Source: Minisyncoccota bacterium
GTDB lineage: Bacteria; Patescibacteriota; Minisyncoccia; Phycocordibacterales; UBA9973
Assembly: GCA_041659785.1 (NCBI GenBank)
Contig: JBAZXO010000001.1
Location: 177,649 to 241,648 of the forward strand
Reading direction: 5' to 3'
Length of the DNA: 64,000 bases
Shown here one piece after another: positions 34,255 to 45,155 of this stretch. The notes under the pieces are model-generated. The model ran no database searches, was not told where the DNA came from, and saw only the letters and a program-made list of their open reading frames with translations. The position numbers and the translations under genes are program-made. Each line of letters opens with the position of its first letter. Position 1 is the stretch's first letter.

Positions 34255-35256
34255 ATGACTACTAATGAAAATAAAATAGATTTTTTGGCAATTGGGGATA
34301 TTGTTATAGATTGTTTTATAAAATTAAAACAGGCAAACATACAAGGTACCCCAGACAGTAAAAATTATGAGATTTGTATGCCTTATGCTGACAAGGTTCC
34401 CTATGAAGAAGTTTTTATCTTACCTGCTGTCGGCAACGCAGGAAATGTTGCGGTCGCAGCTTCTAGGCTCGGACTTCAAACAAAACTCATTTCCAACGTT
34501 GGTGATGATAAAGAAGGTGTAGACTGTTTGAATTCACTTAAAAAAGACAGGGTCGGCACAGAGTTTATTAAAATAAATACTGGAATAAAAACAAATTATC
34601 ATTATGTATTATGGTATGAAGCTGATCGAACTATTTTAATTAAACATGAAATTTATCCTTACAGTTTGCCAGAAGTTGCTCCACCAAAGTGGATTTATTT
34701 TAGTTCGGTAAACGAAACAGCTTTTCCTTTTCATTACGCTATTGCCGACTATTTAGATGCTCATCCAGAAACAAAATTTGCATTTGAGCCAGGTAAATTT
34801 GAAATAAAATTAGGTAAAGAAAAATTACAAAGACTTTATAAACATGCAGATATGTTTTTCTGTAATGTAGAAGAAGCAAGAAAAATATTGGGATTAGATA
34901 GTGGAGAAATAAAGAAACTTCTCACGAAAATAAATGAACTAGGACCAAAAACAGTAGTCATCACCGACGGACCCAAGGGTGCTTATGCTTATGACGGAAG
35001 TGACACTTGGTTTATTGAACCTTACCCAGATCCAAAGCCTCCCTACGAACGCACTGGTGCCGGAGATGCTTTTTCTTCTACTGTGGTAGCTGCAATTATT
35101 TTAGGAAAAACTTTACCAGAAGCTCTTGCTTGGGCAGGAATCAATTCAATGTCTGTAGTCCAAGAAGTTGGTGCGCAAAAAGGACTCCTCTCAAAAGAAA
35201 AACTAGAAGAATATCTAAAAAACGCTCCTGCAGACTACAAAGCAGAAAAAATATAG
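34255..35256 (+). CDS. PfkB-family carbohydrate/nucleoside kinase (ribokinase-like)
   Basis: N-terminal GDIVIDCF, GNAGNVAVAASRLG, and a C-terminal GAGDAFSS anion-hole/DTxGAGD motif. Confidence 0.8.
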   Translation: MTTNENKIDFLAIGDIVIDCFIKLKQANIQGTPDSKNYEICMPYADKVPYEEVFILPAVGNAGNVAVAASRLGLQTKLISNVGDDKEGVDCLNSLKKDRVGTEFIKINTGIKTNYHYVLWYEADRTILIKHEIYPYSLPEVAPPKWIYFSSVNETAFPFHYAIADYLDAHPETKFAFEPGKFEIKLGKEKLQRLYKHADMFFCNVEEARKILGLDSGEIKKLLTKINELGPKTVVITDGPKGAYAYDGSDTWFIEPYPDPKPPYERTGAGDAFSSTVVAAIILGKTLPEALAWAGINSMSVVQEVGAQKGLLSKEKLEEYLKNAPADYKAEKI

Positions 35257-35267
35257 AAAAAAGTTTT

Positions 35268-36266
35268 TTATATTTTTCTCTTTAGCACTTTTTTCACTGC
35301 TTCTTTTATAGAATTTTTTCCCATGCTGTAATGTTCTATAAGTTCATCTGGAGTACCTGACTGACCAAATTTATCTTTTATCCCAATGAATTCTATGGGT
35401 GTTGGGGAATTTTGCGCTAGGACTTCTGCCACAGCCGAACCCATTCCTCCCGATATCTGATGCTCCTCTACTGTTACTATTGCTTTGCATTCTTTTGCTA
35501 AAGATATTATTGCTTCAGTATCTATCGGCTTAATGGAAGCTAAATTCATTACTTTACTTTTTATTCCTTCAACTTCTAACTCTTTCGCAGCGAGTAATGC
35601 ACGATGCATCAAACCACCAGTAACAATTATCCCCACCTCTGCAAGACCCACATCTGGCATCCAGTAAATTTCTGCTTTATTTATATTAAAAGGAGTTTCT
35701 TCTGTAGTTATGATTGGTGTCTTCTCGCGAACTAAACGCAAATATGCTGGTTCTTTCGTTTTTGCTAATGCGAGCGTAGCCTTTTTCGCTTCTATCGCAT
35801 CGCAAGGAGAAATGACATCCATATTCGGCATCACACGCATAAGAGCAATATCTTCTAATGCTTGATGTGTACCTCCGTCAGGACCCACAGAAATACCAGA
35901 ATGTGAGCCGACGATTACAACTTTTCTATCGTTATAAGCTATCGTCGTTCTTATCTGTTCCCAATTTCTACCCGGAGAGAACATCGCATAAGAAGAACAA
36001 AAAGGAATTTTACCCATCGCAGCTAAACCTGAAGAAACTGTTGCAAGATTTTGTTCAGCAACTCCTACTTGGATAAATCTCCCCGGAAACTTATCAGCAA
36101 ATAAATTCATCTGCGTGCTTTCTGTAAGATCAGCGCAAAGCCCTACGACATTCTCATTTATTTCCCCTGCTGCAAGTAAACCTTGTCCGAAACCTTTTCG
36201 GATTGGAACCTGTTCAACGTCATCGTTGAAAATTTTTGAATTTAATTTTAATTTTGGATTAAGCAT
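35268..36266 (-). CDS. transketolase, C-terminal subunit (pyrimidine-binding plus C-terminal domains)
   Basis: 332 aa, collinear with the C-terminal half of full-length transketolases. It lies adjacent to the N-terminal subunit gene. Confidence 0.85.
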   Translation of the reverse strand: MLNPKLKLNSKIFNDDVEQVPIRKGFGQGLLAAGEINENVVGLCADLTESTQMNLFADKFPGRFIQVGVAEQNLATVSSGLAAMGKIPFCSSYAMFSPGRNWEQIRTTIAYNDRKVVIVGSHSGISVGPDGGTHQALEDIALMRVMPNMDVISPCDAIEAKKATLALAKTKEPAYLRLVREKTPIITTEETPFNINKAEIYWMPDVGLAEVGIIVTGGLMHRALLAAKELEVEGIKSKVMNLASIKPIDTEAIISLAKECKAIVTVEEHQISGGMGSAVAEVLAQNSPTPIEFIGIKDKFGQSGTPDELIEHYSMGKNSIKEAVKKVLKRKI

Positions 36267-36287
36267 TTTTTGTTTCTTTGCTAAAGC

Positions 36288-37130
36288 CTAGGGCCTAAAA
36301 TTTCTTAATTCTTTTAATGCCATTTCCCCTTCTTCTTTTGTTGGTGGTTTACCATGCCATTTATAATTTCTCTCAAATTCTTTTACTCCTTTGCCAGGTA
36401 TTGTATGTGCGATGATAATTGTAGGCTTTTCATAAATAGCTTGCGCTTCCTCTACTACCTCATTTAAAGATCTAAAATCATGCCCAGAAACTTCTATCAC
36501 ATGCCAATTGAAAGATTTCCACTTTGCATGAAAGGGCTCTAGGGGCATTACGTCTTCGGTCACTCCTTCTATCTGAATATTATTTCTATCCACAACTGCT
36601 ATCAAATTTCTTAATTTATTTTTCCCTGCGAGCATGGCTGCTTCCCAAGTATTTCCCTCATCCATTTCCCCGTCAGACATAAAACAATAAATAAATCTAT
36701 CGTTTTCTTTTTTATCCATTTTGTCGGCGAGAGCCATGCCGACAGCTTGTGAAAGTCCAGAGCCTAGTGGGCCAGAAGAATTTTCTATATAAGGCAAATA
36801 TTCTCGATGAGGGTGACCTTGAAGTCTGGTGCCAAATTTTCTTAAAGTTTTTAATTCTTCTATTGGGAAATATCCTGCATGTGCCATCGTAGAATAAAGT
36901 ACCGGACAAATGTGGCCATTGGAAAGGACTAATCTATCTCTCTCTGGCCAAGATGGATTTTTCGGATCGTGTTTTAGAATATGAAAATAAAAAAGTGTAA
37001 AAATATCTGCCATACCGAGAGGTCCTGCAGTGTGTCCAGACTTTGCTTCTACGAGCATCTCAATAATAGAGATACGAATATCATTCGCTTTCTTTTCTAG
37101 CTCTAAAATTTTTTCTTCAGTTAAAAGCAT
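36288..37130 (-). CDS. transketolase, N-terminal subunit (TPP-binding)
   Basis: GHTAGPLGMADI and GDGEMDEGNTWEA (GDG-x-N thiamine-diphosphate motif). Length 280 aa. Confidence 0.85.
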   Translation of the reverse strand: MLLTEEKILELEKKANDIRISIIEMLVEAKSGHTAGPLGMADIFTLFYFHILKHDPKNPSWPERDRLVLSNGHICPVLYSTMAHAGYFPIEELKTLRKFGTRLQGHPHREYLPYIENSSGPLGSGLSQAVGMALADKMDKKENDRFIYCFMSDGEMDEGNTWEAAMLAGKNKLRNLIAVVDRNNIQIEGVTEDVMPLEPFHAKWKSFNWHVIEVSGHDFRSLNEVVEEAQAIYEKPTIIIAHTIPGKGVKEFERNYKWHGKPPTKEEGEMALKELRNFRP

Positions 37131-37134
37131 AATA

Positions 37135-37836
37135 TCATTGTACCAAACTTTTAAAAGTTTCGAGAGTGTCTATAGGGTCTCCACTTTTCCAAATAGCAGA
37201 ACCCACAGTAAGCCTGTCTGCATCGACATCTAGAAGCACGGGAGCATTTTCTAAATTAACACCACCATCCACGGATATAACCACTCCAGGCAATTCTTCC
37301 TTAAGATATTTTATATTTTCTACCACATTTTTATCAAATTCTTGCCCTTGAAAACCAATTTCATCTATTCCCATGCATTGCAAGAAATCAACTTTATTGG
37401 AAAGCTTGGATACAATAGACAAATCATCACTGGGCTTGAATGCAATACCTATTTCTACATTGTCTCGTGTGTACATATCTAAACCATCAAGAAAATGTTC
37501 AAATTCTTTTAAATCTTTTTGCGCATCTAGATGAAAGATAATTCTCTTGGGCCCGAGCTTCATATAGATTTCAAAATTTTCTACTGCATCTATCACCATC
37601 ATATCTAATTCGAAATCAAAATCTGTCCAAAATGGCAAACCTTCTTCTTCGTTTAAAATTTTAACAAAATCCTGATCGTCAAAGCCACCAGAGGCAAAAG
37701 GCCAAGTTTTATTTTTAACAAAAATTCCATCACAAATATCAATCTGCACGGTTTTCACTCGCCCCCGCAAAAAGGTAAGCTTATTTTTTATTTCACCATA
37801 ATCTTTTTCTAAAATTGCAGGAGTTATGCTAGCCAT
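37135..37836 (-). CDS. rpe: ribulose-phosphate 3-epimerase-like TIM-barrel protein
   Basis: ITPAILEKDYGEIKNKL...VQIDICDGIFV parallels the Rpe N-terminal pattern (SIL.AD...L....GADWIHVDVMDGHFV). It sits in a pentose-phosphate context. Confidence 0.55.
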   Translation of the reverse strand: MASITPAILEKDYGEIKNKLTFLRGRVKTVQIDICDGIFVKNKTWPFASGGFDDQDFVKILNEEEGLPFWTDFDFELDMMVIDAVENFEIYMKLGPKRIIFHLDAQKDLKEFEHFLDGLDMYTRDNVEIGIAFKPSDDLSIVSKLSNKVDFLQCMGIDEIGFQGQEFDKNVVENIKYLKEELPGVVISVDGGVNLENAPVLLDVDADRLTVGSAIWKSGDPIDTLETFKSLVQ

Positions 37837-37839
37837 AAA

Positions 37840-38328
37840 TTAGAATTTATTAATTCTTCGAACGTGTCTTTCCTCACCTTCAAATTTTGTAGACATGAAA
37901 AGTTCTATAGCAAATTTTATTTCATCTTCGGACAAGAACCGTACAGCTAAAGATAAAATATTTGCATTATTATGAACTCGAGTAAGTTTTATAATTTCAA
38001 AGGGGTCTATACTTTTTCTACCTTTTACGTCGATAGCATCCTTTGGTAAAGCTTCTCCATAAAATACAGCTGCTCGTGCACCATGCACTCTATTTGCACA
38101 CATTGCCTCCCCTTGACCCGAACCACCAAGTATAATTCCGAAACTTTCAGCATCCCCTGCCACAGCTTGCGCTACAGGAGTTATAAAGTCTGGATAATCA
38201 TCAGCTTCGTCATAGATAAAAGCGCCTTTGTCTTCTACGACATTTCCAAGTTCAGTAAAATATGTTTTTAATTTTTTTTTCAATTCATACCCTACATGAT
38301 CCGAGCCAATATAGATTTTCATAAACAT
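37840..38328 (-). CDS. rpiB: ribose-5-phosphate isomerase B (RpiB/LacAB family)
   Basis: MKIYIGSDHVGYELKKKL... N-terminus typical of RpiB. The 5' extension in the ORF track is AT-rich filler, so the start was chosen at MFMKIYIG. Confidence 0.75.
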   Translation of the reverse strand: MFMKIYIGSDHVGYELKKKLKTYFTELGNVVEDKGAFIYDEADDYPDFITPVAQAVAGDAESFGIILGGSGQGEAMCANRVHGARAAVFYGEALPKDAIDVKGRKSIDPFEIIKLTRVHNNANILSLAVRFLSEDEIKFAIELFMSTKFEGEERHVRRINKF

Positions 38329-38364
38329 ATTATAGCATTTTAAAAAATATAGTATAATCAAAAT

Positions 38365-39165
38365 ATGCTTAAATTTTACAAATATCACGGTGCCGGAAAT
38401 GACTTTATTTTCATAGATAATCGTGATAAAAAATTTGATATTAAAGATACGGAAAATATCAAATTGCTCTGCCATAGACGTTTTGGCATTGGGGCTGATG
38501 GACTAATCCTCTTAGAAAAAGAGAAAGGTTATGACTTTAGAATGGTCTTTATAAACAATGATGGCTCTATGGGGAGTATGTGCGGGAATGGCGGACGCTG
38601 TATAGTGCATTTTGCCAATAGTATTTTAAAAATTATTAAACCTGCCCGCCGTGGAGGGAGTCCTAAAAAAGTTAAATTCATAGCAGTGGATGGTGAGCAT
38701 GAGGCTGAAGTATTGAAAGATGGCCGAATAAAACTAAAAATGCAAGATGTAAAAGACATCGGAGAAAGAGATGGGCTAGCTTTCTTGTTTTCTGGAACCA
38801 CTCCACATCATATTCAATATGTGGTAAATGTAGAAAGTTTTCCAATTTGCGAAGAGGCTCGTAAAATTCGTGATAATGGTAAAAATCCTAAGGGTGTAAA
38901 TGTTAACTATGTAGAATATAAAAATGGAATCTTTTATGTACGCACTTATGAACGTGGTGTAGAGGATGAGACTCTCGCTTGTGGCACGGGAGCTACTTCT
39001 GTCGCCATCGCTTCACATCATCTAGGTATTTTAAAAGAAAATATTTGTCATATAAAAATGCCTGGCGGGGACCTCACTGTTGAATTCGAAAAAACAAAAG
39101 ACGGTTCTTATAAAAATGTCTGGCTCACTGGACCCGCTGTGTGCGTATTTCAGGGTGTGTTATAA
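38365..39165 (+). CDS. dapF: diaminopimelate epimerase
   Basis: HGAGNDFIFID N-terminal motif, with catalytic Cys in the GNGGRC and ACGTGATS contexts. Confidence 0.85.
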   Translation: MLKFYKYHGAGNDFIFIDNRDKKFDIKDTENIKLLCHRRFGIGADGLILLEKEKGYDFRMVFINNDGSMGSMCGNGGRCIVHFANSILKIIKPARRGGSPKKVKFIAVDGEHEAEVLKDGRIKLKMQDVKDIGERDGLAFLFSGTTPHHIQYVVNVESFPICEEARKIRDNGKNPKGVNVNYVEYKNGIFYVRTYERGVEDETLACGTGATSVAIASHHLGILKENICHIKMPGGDLTVEFEKTKDGSYKNVWLTGPAVCVFQGVL

Positions 39166-39172
39166 TCCCAGG

Positions 39173-40156
39173 ATGCTTCAAAAGAAAAATATATTCAACG
39201 GCGAAAAAGCTATATTTAATTACTTAACCCCAAGATCCACAGGCCCAACACCAATAATTGAGCTTCCTTCTCGCCTCAATCCATACCTTAAAGATGGCGT
39301 GCATATTTATATAAAATTAGTTCAGAGTTTACCACTCGCCAACATCAAATCTCTCCCCGCTTATTTTATGCTTGATGCGATTCCTAAAAAGGAATTGGGT
39401 AAAATAAAACACCTCGTAGAATATTCATCTGGCAATACTGTAATGTCTTTAACTATTTTGGCACGGCATTTCGGCATACCAAATATTCATGCAATTATCA
39501 CACCTGAAGTTCCTAAAAATAAACAAAATTTATTACGTCTTTTAGGCACTGACCTCATCATCTCGCACGGTCCCTCTTCACCAGATGTAAAAAGTAATAA
39601 GGGTGGTATCTGGGATGCAGCGCAAATGGGCAAAAAGCCAGGCTGGAAAAATTTACAACAATACATAAATCCAAACAGTCCAAAAGCATCAAATGAAATA
39701 ATTGGTAAAGAACTTTTCGAACAATTAGGTAAAAAAATAAATATCCTCTGTGCAGCTTTGGGTACAGGTGGGACGATTACCGGCAGTGCGACTTATTTAA
39801 AAAAGAAAATTCCAAATCTTTATGTGATAGCTACGTCGATAAAAAAAGGTAGCTCCATCCCTGGAGCTCGTGGAGAAGATGCAGTAAAAAAACTTTTCTT
39901 CCCCTGGGAAAAAGTAGTGGACTTAGAGTTTCCTGTAGCTACTCGGCCAGCATTTGAAATGAGCCTCAAGCTTATTCGTGAAGGAATCTTCGTCGGCCCT
40001 TCGACAGGTATGCAACTCGCAGGAATCTTAGAAACTTTGGCAAGATTAAAGAAAGAGAAAAAACTTAAGAAAAACACAAACGCTGTCTTAATAGCCTGCG
40101 ACACAATGTTCCCTTATATAGAGGATTATTTTACTGTGTTACCTGAACTTAAATAG
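39173..40156 (+). CDS. PLP-dependent enzyme of the tryptophan-synthase-beta / cysteine-synthase (PALP) fold
   Basis: TPIIELP...EYSSGNTVMSL...GTGGTITG pattern of fold-type II PLP enzymes. The start was moved to M32, directly after the dapF stop. Confidence 0.55.
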   Translation: MLQKKNIFNGEKAIFNYLTPRSTGPTPIIELPSRLNPYLKDGVHIYIKLVQSLPLANIKSLPAYFMLDAIPKKELGKIKHLVEYSSGNTVMSLTILARHFGIPNIHAIITPEVPKNKQNLLRLLGTDLIISHGPSSPDVKSNKGGIWDAAQMGKKPGWKNLQQYINPNSPKASNEIIGKELFEQLGKKINILCAALGTGGTITGSATYLKKKIPNLYVIATSIKKGSSIPGARGEDAVKKLFFPWEKVVDLEFPVATRPAFEMSLKLIREGIFVGPSTGMQLAGILETLARLKKEKKLKKNTNAVLIACDTMFPYIEDYFTVLPELK

Positions 40157-40158
40157 CC

Positions 40159-40183
40159 TTTACGAAGGGCTGTCCTTCGTAAA
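40159..40183. repeat. conserved hairpin TTTACGAAGG-gctgt-CCTTCGTAAA (copy 2, inverted relative to copy 1)
   Basis: Same 10-11-bp stem as at 10046-10072. The loop is approximately the reverse complement. Confidence 0.6.
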
Positions 40184-40189
40184 CTAGGT

Positions 40190-40218
40190 TTGACAAAAGT
40201 GTTATGAGGTGGTACTAT
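40190..40218 (+). promoter_or_regulatory. sigma70-like promoter TTGACA-17-TACTAT
   Basis: TTGACA at 40190-40195, a 17-nt spacer, then TACTAT at 40213-40218. A GGAG Shine-Dalgarno lies 6 nt upstream of the ATG at 40311. Confidence 0.45.
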
Positions 40219-40310
40219 TCAGGTTGAATGTGCACTTCTTCGACAAATTGATCCCTTGGCATCTCGCCAAATGGACCACATCTTTTTCTCAAAAAAAACT
40301 GGAGATTCCG

Positions 40311-40742
40311 ATGAGACAAGAAACCAAATCATCTCAAGAAGCATTTCATGACACAACCCTTTGGATACTCTTTTTTCTAGTTTTGTTTACGGTGTCAAGT
40401 TTTTGGACATTTGTGACATCCGAACAAATACCGAAACCGAAACAAGAAGGGGTCGTTCTCCGCATGGAGGGATGGGCAAAGCTGATGAAGAAACCCATTC
40501 CCATTGTTCGTTCTGATATTTCCATCCAACCAACCATTGGGCTCACGCAGGTGGAGATTGAGATGGGCAGGGTCCAGATGACTGCATTTTATCCAGGAAG
40601 ACTTGGAGATATCGGTTTCTGGAAAGTGGGAGATGAGGTTATGGTGACATCGTTCCAATGTAAGGGTACAGGAACGCTAAGCCAGACTTCTCCGCCTTCA
40701 ACAATCTATATCGTGATCGGATATCGCCCTCAAAAGCAATAA
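40311..40742 (+). CDS. hypothetical membrane-anchored protein, 143 aa, encoded by a compositionally foreign (GC-rich) gene
   Basis: One N-terminal transmembrane helix (LWILFFLVLFTVSSFWTFV) and a beta-rich C-terminal domain. GC is well above flanking DNA. It has a canonical Shine-Dalgarno and promoter. Confidence 0.5.
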   Translation: MRQETKSSQEAFHDTTLWILFFLVLFTVSSFWTFVTSEQIPKPKQEGVVLRMEGWAKLMKKPIPIVRSDISIQPTIGLTQVEIEMGRVQMTAFYPGRLGDIGFWKVGDEVMVTSFQCKGTGTLSQTSPPSTIYIVIGYRPQKQ

Positions 40743-40761
40743 TCCTTTCACTATCCGCACA

Positions 40762-40794
40762 AAAGCCGCATGGTTCGCCCAGCGGCTTTTTTTA
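40762..40794 (+). terminator. rho-independent terminator
   Basis: AAAGCCGC-12 nt-GCGGCTTT stem followed by T7. Confidence 0.65.
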
Positions 40795-40816
40795 TTTGTA
40801 AAATTTTGAGAAAGTT

Positions 40817-41854
40817 TTATTTTATCGTACTCCCTGTTTTAATAACATGATCTACTAGGGTGTATGTATACCCCATTTCGTTGTCATACCAGCCCATGAC
40901 TTTTACTAAATTTCCATCTACCACACGAGTCATTTTTAAGTCTGCGATAGAACCATATCTACTTCCCAGAATATCACTCGAGACGAGATCTTCATTCGTA
41001 ATAGAGAAAATGCCTTCCCATCTTTTATCTTTCGATGCTTTTTCCAAAATTTCATTTACTTCTTCTTTTGAAGTATTTTTCTTTGAAATAAAAGTGACGT
41101 CCACGATAGACCCAGCTGGCACAGGTACTCTCATCGATACACCATCAAAAAGTCCTTCTAATTTTGTAAACGCTTTTGTCACAGCGATAGCTGCTCCAGT
41201 AGAACTAGGCACAATGTTTTGTGCAGCTGCACGCCCTTCACGAAAATCTTTTTTATTTGGTCCATCGACAATTGCTTGAGAAGCAGTATATCCATGCACT
41301 GTGTTTAAAATTGCTTTCTCTATACCAAGAGCTTCATCTAGTATTGCGATAAGTGGTGAGGCAGCATTTGTGGTACAAGATGCATTGGAAGTAATATCAC
41401 AAGTACCGAATTTTTCTTCATTCACACCCATTAAAATTGTTTCCCCTTCAACTGTTCCGTCTCCATCTTTCGCGGGGGCAGAAATCACAACTTTTTTAGC
41501 GCCAGCATCCAAGTGAACTTTCGCTTTGTCATAAGAAGTGAAAAGTCCAGTGGACTCTACGACTACGTCAATGTCTAAATCTTTCCAAGGAAGAAGTGTT
41601 GGATCTTTTTGAGCAAGAACCTTAACTCTCTTTTCGCCAATAATAATATCACTTGTCCCGTTAGAAATTTCAGTTCTAATGGGATGATTCCACTGCCTAT
41701 AAACCGTGTCATATTTAAGTAAATAAGCCATATTCGCAATGTCACCTAGGTCATTCACAGCCACGACTTCAATTTCTGGACGTTCATATGCAATCTTTAA
41801 AAAAGCCCTACCTATTCTGCCGAAACCATTAATTCCTACTCGTATTTTTTTCAT
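40817..41854 (-). CDS. gap: glyceraldehyde-3-phosphate dehydrogenase, type I
   Basis: KIRVGINGFGRIGR NAD motif and catalytic SNASCTTN. The start was set at MKKIRVGINGFG. Confidence 0.9.
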   Translation of the reverse strand: MKKIRVGINGFGRIGRAFLKIAYERPEIEVVAVNDLGDIANMAYLLKYDTVYRQWNHPIRTEISNGTSDIIIGEKRVKVLAQKDPTLLPWKDLDIDVVVESTGLFTSYDKAKVHLDAGAKKVVISAPAKDGDGTVEGETILMGVNEEKFGTCDITSNASCTTNAASPLIAILDEALGIEKAILNTVHGYTASQAIVDGPNKKDFREGRAAAQNIVPSSTGAAIAVTKAFTKLEGLFDGVSMRVPVPAGSIVDVTFISKKNTSKEEVNEILEKASKDKRWEGIFSITNEDLVSSDILGSRYGSIADLKMTRVVDGNLVKVMGWYDNEMGYTYTLVDHVIKTGSTIK

Positions 41855-41915
41855 AATTTTTCGATAAAATTTTAATACCCTTATTATATCAAAAAAATAA
41901 ACAAAATGTGCTATT

Positions 41916-44900
41916 ATGCAAAGAACAAAAGATATGGAAAAAGACACCGAACCAAAATTTATACACCTCCATACCCACAGCCACTATTCACTATTGGATG
42001 GGCTTTCTAAGCTCGAAGATTTAGTTGATCTAGCCAAGAAATTCGAAATGCCGGCGATAGCCATCACTGATCATGGCAATATGTACGGAGCTATTGAATT
42101 TTATAAATTAGCAAAAAAAGCTGGCATCAAACCAATCATCGGAGTAGAGGCTTATGTAGCAAATCGTAGCAGGCTAAATAAAGATCCTGGTATAGACAAC
42201 AAAAGATATCACCTCACTTTGCTCGCAAAAAATATGCAAGGTTATAAAAATTTAATGAGGCTGGTAACAATTTCTAACATCGAAGGGTTTTATTACAAAC
42301 CTAGAATGGATAAAGAGATATTGAAAAAATACAGTGATGGCATTATCGCCCTCTCTGGATGTCTCGGCGGAGAATTATCTCGTGCGCTCTCTAATAAAAA
42401 TATTGAACTCGCTGAAGAAATAATAAAGGAACATCAAGAAATTTTCGGTAAAGAAAATTATTTTTTAGAAATAATGAAACACAGTACTGTACCAGGTGAC
42501 GAAGAAGTGCGAACAGAAATTATTAAACTTGGAAAGAAATTTAATATTCCACTCGTGGGTACGATCGACTCACATTATCCCTGTTCCGATGACAACAAAG
42601 CTCATGAGACATTGCTCGCAATACAAACAAACTCTGACATTAAGGATGAAAACAAATTTTCTTTTGGTGAAGATGATTATTCTTTTATAGACACAAAAAA
42701 GGCACAGGAAATTTTCAAAGATACACCAGAAGCTGTTACCAATACAGCGAAGATAGCAGACATGTGTAATGTAGAGCTAGAATTGGGCCGTTGGGTTTTC
42801 CCTGATTTTAAAATAGAAGATGGAAAGACTGCCGATGCAAAGTTGCGCGAGCTTGCTTATGCCGGTTTTGAAAGACTTGGTTTAAAAGAAACTCCAGAGA
42901 TAAAAGAACGAGTAGAATATGAACTAAAAATTATTTGCGATAAAGGATATTCTCCTTACTTCTTGGTGGTGGGAGATCTTCTGCGTTTTGCGAAAGAAAA
43001 CGGCATCCTAAGTGCCATTAGAGGCTCAGTCGCAGGATCCATGGTCACTTATCTTTTAGGAATTACGAATATAAACCCTATTGAGTACAAGCTCCCCTTC
43101 GAAAGATTCTTAAATCCATTTCGTCCTTCACCTCCCGATATCGATATGGATTACGCCGACAACAGACGCGATGAAATGATTGAATATGTAAAAAGTAAAT
43201 ACGGTGAAGATAAAGTCGCGCAGATCGGAACTTTCGGTACAATGATGGCCAAAGGTGCCGTGCGTGATGTGGCCCGAGCCCTTGCTTATCCTTACACTAT
43301 CGGAGACAGAATTTCGAAAATGATTCCAATGGGTTCACAAGGTATGCCCATGACCATAGACCATGCTATGGAAATAGTTCCAGAGTTAAAAGATGCTTAT
43401 GAAAAAGAAAAAGACACAAGGGAGATAATAGACTTAGCAAAAAAGCTCGAAGGCTGTGTTAGACACATCTCCGTGCATGCCGCTGGAGTGGTCATTGCTC
43501 CTCGCCCAATCTATGAATACATGCCAACCCAGCTCGACCCTAAGGGCGGAAAAATAATTACTCAGTACGATATGTATAGTGCTGAAGATGCAGGACTACT
43601 AAAATTCGACTTCTTGGGAATTAGAAACTTAGCAATCCTCTCTGATGCGATAACTTTAGTTAAGAAATTTTATAATACAGATATAGATATCGAACGTATA
43701 CCGCTTGATGATAAAAAGACTTTCGAACTACTCGCAAATGGTCAGACTGAAGGTCTGTTTCAACTAAATGGTAGTGGTATGACCAGATACTTAAAGGAGC
43801 TCAAACCTACTTCAATCCATGACATAAACGCGATGGTGGCCCTTTATCGTCCGGGCCCGATGGAATCAATACCAGAATATATCAAGCGCAAGCACAACCC
43901 AAGACTCGTAAAATATTTAGATCCAAGAATGAAAAAGTTCCTTGGGGAATCATACGGGCTTATAGTCTACCAAGACGACCTGCTCTTTTGTGCGATAGAC
44001 CTAGCCGGCTACAACTGGGAAGAAGCGGATAAATTCCGTAAGGCTGTCGGTAAAAAAATTCCTAAAGAAATGGCTGCGCAGAGAGAGAAATTTACGGAAG
44101 GTATAATAACAAACGGTCAGACTCCAGAATTTGCTGAAAAACTATGGAAACTCTTCGAGCCGTTTCAGGCTTATGGTTTTAATAAAGCACATGCAGCCTC
44201 ATATGGAAGAGTGGCGTACCACACAGCCTATATGAAAGCCCACTACCCTGTGGAATATATGACAGCAATCCTCACTGCTGAGTCCGGTGATGTAGAAAAA
44301 ATTTCTGAAATTATCGAAGAGTGTAAGAAAATGAATATTCTGATTCTTCCACCAAACATCAATGAAAGTTACGGAGGCTTTACTTGCTTACCTCATGAAA
44401 AAGATACAAAAATAAGTAATGAAAACAAAAGTGAGAAAATTAGATTTGGTTTCTATACTATTAAAAATCTTGGCACCGATATTTCCGACGCAATCATCGC
44501 GGAGAGAAAGTTAAATGGTAAATTTACCTCTATTACAAATTTCTTAGATAGAATTAAGCATAAAAATTTAAACAAGAAATCAATTGAAGCGTTAATTAAG
44601 TCTGGATGTATGGATGACTGGGAAGATCGAGGAATACTCCTAGCCAATGAAGAAGCAATGCTCGAATACAATCATGAAAATTCTAAACAAAATGAAAACC
44701 AAGTTTCTCTTTTTGGTGGCACTTCCTTAACCAAAGCCCCAGAATTCAAATTACAACCTGGGAAAGCTGCAAATCAAGCAGAAAAGTTGCTTTGGGAAAA
44801 GGAACTTTTGGGACTTTATATTTCTGGACATCCTCTCGACCGCTTACGTGAGAAACTAGAAAAACGAGATATAAACATCAAAAAGATAAAAGAAGAACTC

Positions 44901-45152
44901 GGCAATGGCATGCCCGTAACTATCGCCGGAATAATAGAAAACTCACGACAAGTCGTAACGAAAAATAATGAACGTATGGCATTCCTAAAGATTGCTGACC
45001 TGACCGACTCCATCGAAGCTGTATGCTTCCCTTCTATATTTAAAGAATGTGTAGATATCCTAGTCGCTGAAAAGTGCATAGCCCTTTCTGGAAAAGTCTC
45101 CTTCAAAAACGGCGAAAAGAGCATCATCATCGAAGCAGTAAAGGAAATTTAA
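41916..45152 (+). CDS. dnaE: DNA polymerase III alpha subunit (DnaE)
   Basis: PHP domain [13 protein letters not shown] at the N-terminus, polymerase core, and an OB-fold C-terminus. Length 1078 aa. Confidence 0.9.
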   Translation: MQRTKDMEKDTEPKFIHLHTHSHYSLLDGLSKLEDLVDLAKKFEMPAIAITDHGNMYGAIEFYKLAKKAGIKPIIGVEAYVANRSRLNKDPGIDNKRYHLTLLAKNMQGYKNLMRLVTISNIEGFYYKPRMDKEILKKYSDGIIALSGCLGGELSRALSNKNIELAEEIIKEHQEIFGKENYFLEIMKHSTVPGDEEVRTEIIKLGKKFNIPLVGTIDSHYPCSDDNKAHETLLAIQTNSDIKDENKFSFGEDDYSFIDTKKAQEIFKDTPEAVTNTAKIADMCNVELELGRWVFPDFKIEDGKTADAKLRELAYAGFERLGLKETPEIKERVEYELKIICDKGYSPYFLVVGDLLRFAKENGILSAIRGSVAGSMVTYLLGITNINPIEYKLPFERFLNPFRPSPPDIDMDYADNRRDEMIEYVKSKYGEDKVAQIGTFGTMMAKGAVRDVARALAYPYTIGDRISKMIPMGSQGMPMTIDHAMEIVPELKDAYEKEKDTREIIDLAKKLEGCVRHISVHAAGVVIAPRPIYEYMPTQLDPKGGKIITQYDMYSAEDAGLLKFDFLGIRNLAILSDAITLVKKFYNTDIDIERIPLDDKKTFELLANGQTEGLFQLNGSGMTRYLKELKPTSIHDINAMVALYRPGPMESIPEYIKRKHNPRLVKYLDPRMKKFLGESYGLIVYQDDLLFCAIDLAGYNWEEADKFRKAVGKKIPKEMAAQREKFTEGIITNGQTPEFAEKLWKLFEPFQAYGFNKAHAASYGRVAYHTAYMKAHYPVEYMTAILTAESGDVEKISEIIEECKKMNILILPPNINESYGGFTCLPHEKDTKISNENKSEKIRFGFYTIKNLGTDISDAIIAERKLNGKFTSITNFLDRIKHKNLNKKSIEALIKSGCMDDWEDRGILLANEEAMLEYNHENSKQNENQVSLFGGTSLTKAPEFKLQPGKAANQAEKLLWEKELLGLYISGHPLDRLREKLEKRDINIKKIKEELGNGMPVTIAGIIENSRQVVTKNNERMAFLKIADLTDSIEAVCFPSIFKECVDILVAEKCIALSGKVSFKNGEKSIIIEAVKEI

Positions 45153-45155
45153 TAT

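Noticed and set aside
37840-38475. Long N-terminal extension of rpiB as given in the ORF track (211 aa)
   Set aside because: The extension is AT-rich, hydrophobic filler upstream of the conserved MKIYIGSDH start, so the gene was shortened to begin at 38328.
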